Shown: in pieces, positions 8,374 through 16,069 of the stretch
Numbering within the stretch: position 1 is the stretch's first letter
Layout of the letters: each line of letters begins with the position of its first letter
Assembly (NCBI GenBank): GCA_034667725.1
Contig: JAXDQS010000003.1
Span: forward strand, 320,001 to 384,000
DNA: 64,000 nucleotides
Source: Thermoplasmata archaeon
GTDB taxonomy: Archaea; Thermoplasmatota; E2; JACPAO01; JAHFTW01
Direction of reading: 5' to 3'
Program-made: the position numbers and the translations under genes
The notes under the pieces: model-generated
Told to the model about the DNA's origin: nothing
The model's input: the letters and a program-made list of their open reading frames with translations, nothing else
Databases searched by the model: none

Positions 8374-9297
8374 ATGCCTGGCAAGAGTGGCCGCATCGTC
8401 GCCGGCTGCCTCACGCCCCACCCGCCTCACCTCGTCTACGCCGACAACCCGCCCCAGAACGAGCCGCGCGCCGAATGCGGCTGGGAGACGGTGCGCTGGG
8501 GCTACGAGCGGCTGCGCCACAGCCTGGGCCGCCGCGACTACGACGTCCTCATCGTTCACTCGCCGCACTGGCGCACCCAGGTCGGCCACCACTTCCTCGG
8601 CGTCCCCCACTTCTCGAACCTGAGCGTGGACCCGATCTTCCCCAACCTGTTCCGGTTCAAGTGCGACATCGACGTCGACGTCGAACTGGCCGAAGCCATC
8701 GAGCAGCGCGCCCGCAAGAAGGGCCTTGTCACCAAGATGATGCGCAACCCCGCCTACCGCGTCGACTACGGCACCATCGCGGCGTGCCACCTCGTCAACC
8801 CGGCGTGGGACAAGCCCATCGTCGGCATCAGCTCCAACGGCGCCTACAAGTATTACTCGAACGACGTGGGGCAGGCCCAGCAGCGCGCCCTCGGCGAAGC
8901 AACCAAGGAGGCCATCGAGGCCACCGGCCGCAAGGCGCTGCTGCTCGCAAGCAACTCGATCAGCCACCGCCACTTCACCCGCGAAGGCCCGCTCCCCGAG
9001 GACATGAGCCAGGAGCGCATCTACCACCACGGCCAGTACCTGTGGGACATGCACGCCATCCGCCTCATGCGCGAAGGCCGCGCCGAGCAGCTGTTCGACG
9101 AGATGCCCGACCTGATCGACGACGCCACCTCGGAGGCCGACGCCGGCTGCCTCAGTTGGCTCTTGTCCGCCTTGGGCTACCCGAAGTATCCCGCCGAGCT
9201 GCATGGCTACGGCACGGTGATCGGCACCGGCAACGCCGTCGTCGAATGGGACCCGGACCCCAAGACAAGACAAGTGACGCCACGGGGAAGGACCTAG
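8374..9297 (+). CDS. amnB: 2-aminophenol 1,6-dioxygenase beta (catalytic) subunit, LigB-type extradiol dioxygenase
   Basis: PHPPHLVYADNPPQNEPR, SPHW, SVDPIFPNLFR, RVDYGTI, SHRHF and GTVIGTGNAVVEW match AmnB/CnbCb, including His/His/Glu Fe ligands. Confidence 0.92.
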   Translation: MPGKSGRIVAGCLTPHPPHLVYADNPPQNEPRAECGWETVRWGYERLRHSLGRRDYDVLIVHSPHWRTQVGHHFLGVPHFSNLSVDPIFPNLFRFKCDIDVDVELAEAIEQRARKKGLVTKMMRNPAYRVDYGTIAACHLVNPAWDKPIVGISSNGAYKYYSNDVGQAQQRALGEATKEAIEATGRKALLLASNSISHRHFTREGPLPEDMSQERIYHHGQYLWDMHAIRLMREGRAEQLFDEMPDLIDDATSEADAGCLSWLLSALGYPKYPAELHGYGTVIGTGNAVVEWDPDPKTRQVTPRGRT

Positions 9298-9342
9298 CAA
9301 AAAACGCTATACCGAGCCGCCGATGCCGACGTGGTCCCGCCC

Positions 9343-9792
9343 ATGCGCTCCACCCTGCTCGCCTGCGCCTGCCTTCTGACCGCGATCTTGGCTGCCGCCC
9401 CCGTGGGCGCCTCGCCGCCCCCCGGCTACGACCCCAAGAGCTGCCGCTTCGCCATCGAGACGCACGGCATCGACGCCCACTGCACCGTCAAGGGCATGAC
9501 CGTCGGCGGCTACGTGGACTGCAACACCAACTGCGACTTCACCGGCCACGAATGGTCGTGCTTCTTCAGCACCGGCGGCCCCGTGGACTACTTCCAGTGC
9601 CCGGTGGCGGACCTGCTGCCGGACGCCTACTGCGTCCTCACCCCCACCAGCGCTGGCCTGTTCGGCGCCTGCACGATCGCCGGCAGCACCCTCCCCATCC
9701 TGGTCGGGTGCGAGAGCTGCGTCCCGCTCTGGGTCGGCCCCACCTGCACCCTCGGCCTCAAGGACGGCACGCCGGTCGCCGTGTGCGCCTGA
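9343..9792 (+). CDS. Secreted Cys-rich protein (12 Cys in mature part, two 6-Cys halves)
   Basis: Signal peptide MRSTLLACACLLTAILAAAPVGA; GC3-rich codons. Confidence 0.75.
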   Translation: MRSTLLACACLLTAILAAAPVGASPPPGYDPKSCRFAIETHGIDAHCTVKGMTVGGYVDCNTNCDFTGHEWSCFFSTGGPVDYFQCPVADLLPDAYCVLTPTSAGLFGACTIAGSTLPILVGCESCVPLWVGPTCTLGLKDGTPVAVCA

Positions 9793-9844
9793 GGACGCCA
9801 GAGGGGCCGCAACCGTCAAGGCGGCGGCCCTTCTGGCCGGGCCG

Positions 9845-11281
9845 ATGAGCCGCAAGGCCGCCCCAAAGGCCACGGGCACAAGGTCCGCGCCCAGCCCCAA
9901 CGCCGCCTCCGGCCTCGTCGCCGCCTTCCTCGTCCCCGGCCTCCCGCATCCGTACCTCATCCCGGACGCGAACCCGGGCTACCGCCGCGTCCGCGACGCC
10001 TACGACGCCGTGCGCACCGAAGTGCAGCGCCTCAAGCCCGACCTGCTGCTGCTCTACTCGACCCAGTGGCTCTCCGTCGTCGGCCACCAAGTCCAAGCGC
10101 GTGCGGAAGCGGTCTGGGACCACGTCGACCCCGAGTGGCACGAGCTGGGGCACATCCCCTACAAGCTCCGGTTCGACCCTGCCTTCGGAGCCCAGTACGT
10201 CGAGAAGGGCCGCGCCCGCGGCCTCGAGATGCGCACCGTGGACTACCACGGCTTCCCCATCGACACCGGCACCGTCATCGCGCTCAAGCTGCTGGACCCC
10301 GACGGCCGCATCCCCGCCAGCGTGGTGTCGTGCAACATGTACGCCGACCGCGCCGAGACCATCGTGCTCGGCAAGGCCGCCCGTGACGCCGCCCAAGCCA
10401 CCGGCAAGCGCGTCGTCGCCGTCGCTGTCACCGCCCTCAGCAGCCGCCTGCACACCGGCATCGTGCCGTGGAAGGACGACCGCATCCACAGCCTCAAGGA
10501 CGACGAGTGGAACCGCAAGTACCTCGAGTTCCTCGGCAAGGGCCGCCTCGAGGACGCCAGCCAGCTCGCCCGCGAGTTCAGCAGCCAGGCCAACGGCGAC
10601 CAGAAGCTGAAGGCCGTCTGGTGGCTGTCCGCCGTCATGGGGGCCAGCAACGCCTACGACGGCCGCGTCTTCGCCTACGAGCCGCTCTACGGCACCGGCG
10701 CCGCCCTCGTCGGCCTCACCCCGACCCAGAAGGCCACGGCGGACAAGGAGTTCGACGAGGACGACGCCGAGGTCTATCTCGGCGACCGCAACGTCCTCTC
10801 CAGCGGCTCCGACGCGGCGACCCTCACGATGGAGGAGCAGGACAAGTGGGCCGGGACCGCGACCGTCGTGCACGCCAAGGCCGCGCCCAAGCCCGTCGGC
10901 GCGTACGCGCACGCCCGCCTAGTTGGCGACCTCCTGTTCCTCGCCGGCATCGGGCCCCGCACGCCCGGCACGGACGAGATTCCCGGCGGCCCCATCCGCG
11001 ACGCCAACGGCAAGCCGCGCGACTACGACGTCCGCGCCCAGACCCGGCAATGCATCGAGAACGTCAAGGCCGTGCTCAAGGAGTCCGGCGCCAGCCTGGA
11101 GGACGTCTTCGACGTGCAGGTGTTCCTGGTCGACATGGACCGCGACTTCGCGGCGTTCAACGAGGTCTACGGCGAGCACTTCGGGAGCATCCAGGCCACG
11201 CGCACGACGGTCGAGGTCGAGGCGCTGCCGACGCCGATCGCGGTCGAGCTGAAGGTCATCGCGCAGGTGCGCAAGGCATGA
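9845..11281 (+). CDS. Fusion: 2-aminophenol 1,6-dioxygenase alpha subunit + RidA-family 2-aminomuconate deaminase
   Basis: N-part AFLVPGLPHP, YSTQW, DYHGFPIDTGT and YEPLYGTGAA (AmnA); C-part APKPVGAY, DMDRDFAAFNEVY and TRTTVEVEALPTPIAVELKVIA (RidA/AmnD/NbaF type). Confidence 0.88.
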   Translation: MSRKAAPKATGTRSAPSPNAASGLVAAFLVPGLPHPYLIPDANPGYRRVRDAYDAVRTEVQRLKPDLLLLYSTQWLSVVGHQVQARAEAVWDHVDPEWHELGHIPYKLRFDPAFGAQYVEKGRARGLEMRTVDYHGFPIDTGTVIALKLLDPDGRIPASVVSCNMYADRAETIVLGKAARDAAQATGKRVVAVAVTALSSRLHTGIVPWKDDRIHSLKDDEWNRKYLEFLGKGRLEDASQLAREFSSQANGDQKLKAVWWLSAVMGASNAYDGRVFAYEPLYGTGAALVGLTPTQKATADKEFDEDDAEVYLGDRNVLSSGSDAATLTMEEQDKWAGTATVVHAKAAPKPVGAYAHARLVGDLLFLAGIGPRTPGTDEIPGGPIRDANGKPRDYDVRAQTRQCIENVKAVLKESGASLEDVFDVQVFLVDMDRDFAAFNEVYGEHFGSIQATRTTVEVEALPTPIAVELKVIAQVRKA

Positions 11282-12072
11282 GCGCCCCCATCCGCCTCCA
11301 GTTGTCCGACGACGAGGCCGCCGTCCTGTGGGACCTCATCATGGAGTCCAGCGAAGAGGACCAGCGCATCCTGCGCCGCGTCGCCGGCGAGCTGGAGCCG
11401 CACGTGCTGGAGGGCGACGACGAACCCGAGGCGGCGCCGGCCCAAGACCCCGAAGGAATCCTCGACATCAGCCCCCTCGTCTCGCCCCGCATCGCCGTCT
11501 GGCCGGGCGACGTCCCGTACACCAGCCGCAAGTCCGCCACCCTTGGTCCCGCCGGCGGCATCGACCTCGGCGACATGCACACCACCTACCACGTCGGCGC
11601 CCACACCGACGCGCCGCGGCACTACAAGCTCGGCGCCGCCGACGCCGCCTCGGTCCCGCTCGAGCCCTACGTCGGCCCGTGCCAAGTGGTGCAGGTGCGC
11701 GCCCGCCGCGGCAAGCGCTTCGGCCTCGTGGACCTGGCGCAGCAGGTGACGGCGCCGCGGGTGCTGTTCAAGACCGGCACCTTCCCCGACCCGCACGCCT
11801 GGAACACCGACTTCGCTGCCCCCGAGCCGGAGCTGCTGGACGCCTTGGCCGCCCGCGGCGTCGTCCTCGTGGGCTTCGACACGCCGAGCACCGACCTGTT
11901 CGACTCCAAGGACCTGGCCGCGCATCAGCGGCTCGCCAAGCACGGCATGATGAACCTCGAAGGGCTCGTGCTGGACCACGTCGCGCCCGGCGACTACACC
12001 TTGGTCGCGCTGCCCCTGAAGCTCCAGGACGCCGACGCAAGCCCGGTGCGGGCCGTCCTGCTGCCGCCGTGA
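11278..12072 (+). CDS. kynB: Kynurenine formamidase (cyclase family) with acidic N-terminal extension
   Basis: DISP....WPGD, HVGAHTDAPRH metal motif, GFDTPSTD, NLEGL, ALPLKLQDADASPVRAV; ATGA-coupled to upstream gene. Confidence 0.88.
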   Translation: MSAPIRLQLSDDEAAVLWDLIMESSEEDQRILRRVAGELEPHVLEGDDEPEAAPAQDPEGILDISPLVSPRIAVWPGDVPYTSRKSATLGPAGGIDLGDMHTTYHVGAHTDAPRHYKLGAADAASVPLEPYVGPCQVVQVRARRGKRFGLVDLAQQVTAPRVLFKTGTFPDPHAWNTDFAAPEPELLDALAARGVVLVGFDTPSTDLFDSKDLAAHQRLAKHGMMNLEGLVLDHVAPGDYTLVALPLKLQDADASPVRAVLLPP

Positions 12073-12121
12073 AGCCCGCGCGTTGGACAACTTCAAGCCC
12101 TGCGCACCCACCCAGGTCCCG

Positions 12122-12703
12122 ATGGCCGCCCCCGTCCCGCGCCGCCCCTTGCCGCCCGCGCGCGCCGCCTACCGCTTCCCGACCCAGCCCGACCCGGCCA
12201 TGAAGACCGTGTGGGCGATCCGCGCCGCCGGCTTCGGGCTGTTCTACGCCATCCCGGTGACCTTCATGCTGGGTCCCTTGAGCCTGTTCCTGCGCGGCGA
12301 CGAGAAGCCCACGACGCTGCTCGACGTGGTCGGCCCCCTGATCGGCGTCTACGTCGCCGCCTGGCTCGTCTTCACCGTGATCGGCGTCGTGTACGCCCAA
12401 CTGGCCTGGGGCCGCTACCGCATCGAGGTGCGCGACGAGGAGGTCGTCGTCCACAAGGGCGTCCTGTTCCGCACCACCAGCCGCGTCCCGCTCCGGAAAG
12501 TGCAGGACATCCACGTCCGCCAAGGCCCGCTGCTGCGCGCGTTCGGCCTGGCCAGCCTCAAGCTCGACACCGCCGGCGGCTACGGCCCCGCCAACTCCGG
12601 CCGCGGCATGGCCGCCGAAGGCCAGATGCCCGGCATCCGCGACGCCCACGCGGCGGCCGAGGCCCTCATGGTGCGCGTCAAGCAGATCCGCAGCGACCTG
12701 TAG
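12122..12703 (+). CDS. Membrane protein with bacterial PH domain (bPH_2/YdbS-like)
   Basis: Two TMs then Y......V.V.KGVLFR...VPLRKVQDI...QGPL.R.FGLA.L...TAGG. Confidence 0.85.
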   Translation: MAAPVPRRPLPPARAAYRFPTQPDPAMKTVWAIRAAGFGLFYAIPVTFMLGPLSLFLRGDEKPTTLLDVVGPLIGVYVAAWLVFTVIGVVYAQLAWGRYRIEVRDEEVVVHKGVLFRTTSRVPLRKVQDIHVRQGPLLRAFGLASLKLDTAGGYGPANSGRGMAAEGQMPGIRDAHAAAEALMVRVKQIRSDL

Positions 12704-12707
12704 CGCC

Positions 12708-13268
12708 ATGATCGGGATTCCGCCGCGCCGCCTCGAGACGGTCCTGGTCGTCTCGGCCTTCGCCGGCACGCTCGTGGCCGCCATCCTCGGCTTGGCCCAC
12801 GCCAGCAGCGCCCTCCTGCTGTTCTGGCTGGAGACCGCCATCGTGCTCGCCGTCGGCGCCGTCCGGGGCGCGCTGCGCCGCGCCCCCAAGCCCGCCGCGC
12901 TGGCGCTGTTCTTCGGCTTCTTCCTGTTCGTCCACCTCCAGTTCCTCATCGCCCTGGCGGCAGCCGACCAAGGCGACTCCTTCCTGGTGTTCCGGCCCGG
13001 CTTCGCGCCCGGCCTGTTCGTGCCGCTGCTGCTGCCCGCCCTCGGCCTTGCCGTCGGCCACGCCCTCGCCGCCCCGCCCAAGGACGCGCTGCCCGCCGCC
13101 GCCATCGCCCGCGTCCTGGTGCTGCACGTCGCCCTCGTCCTCGGCGGCTTCGCCTCCTTCGTGCTCGGCACCGCCGTCCCCGTGCTGTTCGTCCTCACCG
13201 CCTTGCGCCTTGCCGCCGAGTTCGTGCCCGTGCGCTGGCCGTCGCGGCTTTCACCCCGCGCGGCTTGA
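12708..13268 (+). CDS. Hydrophobic membrane protein (DUF6498-like)
   Basis: LLLFWLE, FFGFFLFVH and RVLVLHVALVLGG pattern; multi-TM. Confidence 0.6.
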   Translation: MIGIPPRRLETVLVVSAFAGTLVAAILGLAHASSALLLFWLETAIVLAVGAVRGALRRAPKPAALALFFGFFLFVHLQFLIALAAADQGDSFLVFRPGFAPGLFVPLLLPALGLAVGHALAAPPKDALPAAAIARVLVLHVALVLGGFASFVLGTAVPVLFVLTALRLAAEFVPVRWPSRLSPRAA

Positions 13269-13275
13269 GCCGGGC

Positions 13276-14061
13276 GTGGACCTCTCCCTGCGCGGCCGCC
13301 ACGCCCTCGTGTGCGGCGCCTCCCAAGGCATCGGCCAGGCCGCCGCCGTCGCGCTCGCCGAGCTGGGCGCCACCGTCACGGTGCTGGCGCGCAACCCCGC
13401 CAAGCTCGCCTCGCTGCGCCCCATCCTGATGCAGGCCGGCGCCACCGAGACCCACATGATCGTGGCGGACCTCGACGACCGCGCCGGGCTGCGCGAGGCG
13501 GTCGCGGCCCATCTGGAAAAGGCGGGGCCGGTCCACATCCTGGTCAACAACACCGGCGGCCCCCACTCCGGCGCCCTGCTGGAGACCAAGGAGGCGGAGT
13601 TCCTCCACGCCTACGGCCGCCACCTCCTGGCCAGCCACCTCCTGGTCCAGCTCGTCGTGCCCGGCATGAAGGAAGCCGGCTACGGCCGCATCGTCAACGT
13701 CCTCTCCACCAGCGTCCGCGAGCCCATCCCCGGCCTCGGCGTCTCGAACACCATCCGCGCCACCATGGCCTCGTGGGCCAAGACCCTCAGCCGCGAGCTG
13801 CCGCCCGGCGTCACCATCAACTCGGTGCTGCCCGGCTACACCGACACCGAACGGCTGACCGAACTGTCCACCACGATGGCGGCCCGGCAAGGGAAGTCGC
13901 CCAAGGACGTGGCGAAGGGATGGGTGGACGTGACACCCGAAGGCCGCTTGGGTCGGCCTGAGGAAATCGGGAGCGTCATCGCGTTCCTGTGCAGCCCGGC
14001 GGCGTCGTTCGTGCGCGGCGTGGTGCTGCCGGTGGATGGCGGGCGGCTGAACTCGATCTAG
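13276..14061 (+). CDS. SDR family oxidoreductase with atypical active site (SNTIR instead of YxxxK)
   Basis: GASQGIG, ILVNNTGGP, GLGVSNTIR, NSVLPGYTDTER, VDGG. Confidence 0.9.
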   Translation: MDLSLRGRHALVCGASQGIGQAAAVALAELGATVTVLARNPAKLASLRPILMQAGATETHMIVADLDDRAGLREAVAAHLEKAGPVHILVNNTGGPHSGALLETKEAEFLHAYGRHLLASHLLVQLVVPGMKEAGYGRIVNVLSTSVREPIPGLGVSNTIRATMASWAKTLSRELPPGVTINSVLPGYTDTERLTELSTTMAARQGKSPKDVAKGWVDVTPEGRLGRPEEIGSVIAFLCSPAASFVRGVVLPVDGGRLNSI

Positions 14062-14805
14062 TCACTCCGAACCGTCCTCGTAGTCCAGGCAGCCAACATC
14101 GTTGATGTCCACAGCGCCATCCATGTCGTTGTCCGCCTTGTCGTCGCACACGGGCGGCACGCAGCCGGTCCCGTTCACCTTCATCCAGACGTCGTAGGTT
14201 CCGGACGAGGCGCCACCACCAACGTTGCCGGGGATGGAACTGCCCCAGTTGCCAATGAAGGCCACGATTTGGCCCTGGGTCCACGGCGCAGGGGCGCTGG
14301 GGTTCGCGGGCACCATGCAGAAAAAATGGGTGAATTCGGCGTCGGTTGGATCGGGGCAGTCCTTGGCGTCCTTGTCCTGCCCCTTGCAGTCTGCGCCTGG
14401 GACCGGCTTGTTCGAGTAAGCGAAGCGAAGCTGGTCCGTGGCGTCCCCAATGTTGCGGCACCAGCCATTCAGGTCGCGGTCGTTGCACACGGCCAGGTCG
14501 AACCCGGTCTGGAACTTGCCGCTGGTCCACTCGGCCCACACGCTGACGTCCACGGTCCCTGATGCAGGAAAGGCGGACATGTCGAAGACCGCGATCCCAG
14601 GCGTCGTGGTGGGGGCCATGAAGCACGGGACGTCATCCTTGAGACAGGGCTTCGAGAGCGCATGAATCGGCCCCAGGGCGGACCAACACTCGATGTTGTC
14701 CCCGTCCGCGTTGGTGTTGATCTCGGTGGAGCAGTCTGTGTCGCCATCGGAAGGGTTGGTGTCGTACGGGTTGCCGCTTGCCGACAGCGTGGCGACGGCG
14801 AGCAC
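14062..14805 (-). CDS. Secreted Cys/Asp-rich protein with Ca-binding-like C-terminal motif (start uncertain)
   Basis: Hydrophobic VLAVATLSASG leader; CDDKADNDMDGAVDINDVGC and CNDRDLNGWC motifs; lower GC than flanks. Confidence 0.7.
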   Translation of the reverse strand: MLAVATLSASGNPYDTNPSDGDTDCSTEINTNADGDNIECWSALGPIHALSKPCLKDDVPCFMAPTTTPGIAVFDMSAFPASGTVDVSVWAEWTSGKFQTGFDLAVCNDRDLNGWCRNIGDATDQLRFAYSNKPVPGADCKGQDKDAKDCPDPTDAEFTHFFCMVPANPSAPAPWTQGQIVAFIGNWGSSIPGNVGGGASSGTYDVWMKVNGTGCVPPVCDDKADNDMDGAVDINDVGCLDYEDGSE

Positions 14806-14807
14806 GG

Positions 14808-15056
14808 CTATCCGAACCAGCGTTGCAGCCAGGCGCCGAGGTCGGTCCAGGCCTTCTCGCCGGCGGGCGTGACGCGGATGCCACTTTCGTCCTCGATGGC
14901 CCAGCCTTTCTCGATGGCCATGGCGAGGTAGCGGCGGAACAGGTCGTAGTTGAGGCGGGTGGCGGCTTGGAGGCGGCTGCGGCTCCATGTCGTGCCTGGG
15001 CGTGCCAGGGCGCCGAGGAGGCGGGCGACGACGTGCAGGTCGAAGCGGGCGGGCAT
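14808..15056 (-). CDS. Archaeal winged helix-turn-helix protein (HTH_45-like)
   Basis: RSRLQAATRLNYDLFRRYL...KGW......VTPAG pattern. Confidence 0.8.
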   Translation of the reverse strand: MPARFDLHVVARLLGALARPGTTWSRSRLQAATRLNYDLFRRYLAMAIEKGWAIEDESGIRVTPAGEKAWTDLGAWLQRWFG

Positions 15057-15057
15057 G

Positions 15058-16044
15058 TCAGGCCAGGGGGTTTTGGGCGGCGTGGCGGCGCCAGGCGCGC
15101 AGTTGCCGTTGCACGCGCCATGCCATGAGGAGCCAGCAGGCCAGCACCGCGGCGGCGGCGGCGAGGTAGCTGGCTTGGACGGTGTCTTGCAGGCCGGGGG
15201 CCCAGACGCCGACGCGGTCGCGCAGCAGGCCCCACAGCAGTTGGCGGCCGAGCAGGATGGCGACGAGGAGGAACAGGCCGGCGGCGGCCATGGTGTCGCG
15301 CAGTTGGCGCAGGTGGGCGCCGGCGGCGGTGAACAGGGCGGCGACGTCGGGGAGGCCGGGCGGGCCGGTGGGCGGGGGCGGGGCCGTGGGGTGGCGGCGC
15401 CAGGGGACCAGGACCGCGACGGTGGCGAGGATCAATGCGGCCTCCAGCGTCAGGAAGCCAGGTTCCATGGCGAGCCAGAGCCCTTCGGCGCGGGTGAGGA
15501 CGACGGTGATGCCGGCGCCGTTGGGCTGGGTGGCGTTGTACCAGGCGAGGTCGATGCCGTGGACGCCGGCGGGGACGCGGAGCTGCCGGTTGATTTGGCG
15601 GACGACGTCGCCGTCGTTGGGGTAGATGCTGAAGGTGATGTTGCGGGTGGTGTTGCTGGAGCCGATGCCGTCGGGCCCGACGACGTGGCTGGTGGGCGGC
15701 GTGAACGGGACGTGCAGCAGGACGCGGGCGGTGCCGTTGGGGACTTGGAGGCCTTCGCCCAAGGGGACGACGTAGAGGTCGAGCGGGTACGGGTAGCGGG
15801 CGGCGGTGTCTTCTTCGATGCGCACGATGTCGCCGGGCTGGGCGTCGTCGTAGGGATACACCAGCAGGGTGGCGTTGTCGAGGTGGCTGCCCGTGGTGCC
15901 GGCGAAGGCGTGGCGCTCGCTTCCGTGCAGGCCTTCGCCGTAGAGGAACGCGGCGGCCACCGCCGTGCTGGCCAGCAGGAGGGCGAGGGCGAGGCGGCCG
16001 GGGCCGGGCAGGTCCATGGGCTGCACCACGGGCGCCTGCCTCAT
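15058..16044 (-). CDS. Membrane protein with extracellular domain
   Basis: N-terminal TM, soluble domain, three C-terminal TMs; adjacent to HTH gene; alternative start 16017. Confidence 0.7.
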   Translation of the reverse strand: MRQAPVVQPMDLPGPGRLALALLLASTAVAAAFLYGEGLHGSERHAFAGTTGSHLDNATLLVYPYDDAQPGDIVRIEEDTAARYPYPLDLYVVPLGEGLQVPNGTARVLLHVPFTPPTSHVVGPDGIGSSNTTRNITFSIYPNDGDVVRQINRQLRVPAGVHGIDLAWYNATQPNGAGITVVLTRAEGLWLAMEPGFLTLEAALILATVAVLVPWRRHPTAPPPPTGPPGLPDVAALFTAAGAHLRQLRDTMAAAGLFLLVAILLGRQLLWGLLRDRVGVWAPGLQDTVQASYLAAAAAVLACWLLMAWRVQRQLRAWRRHAAQNPLA

Positions 16045-16069
16045 GGGCGTTCCTCCGCGCCGGTCGGGC

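Noticed and set aside
6454-9297. Apparent 947-aa fusion ending in AmnB, and 871-aa ORF 3334-5949
   Set aside because: Upstream parts are off-frame overlaps of other genes; true starts are 8374 and 4819.
8374-11281. Nitrobenzene or xenobiotic degradation island
   Set aside because: No nitroreductase, mutase or mobility genes, composition is host-like, and linkage to TDO and KynB points to tryptophan.
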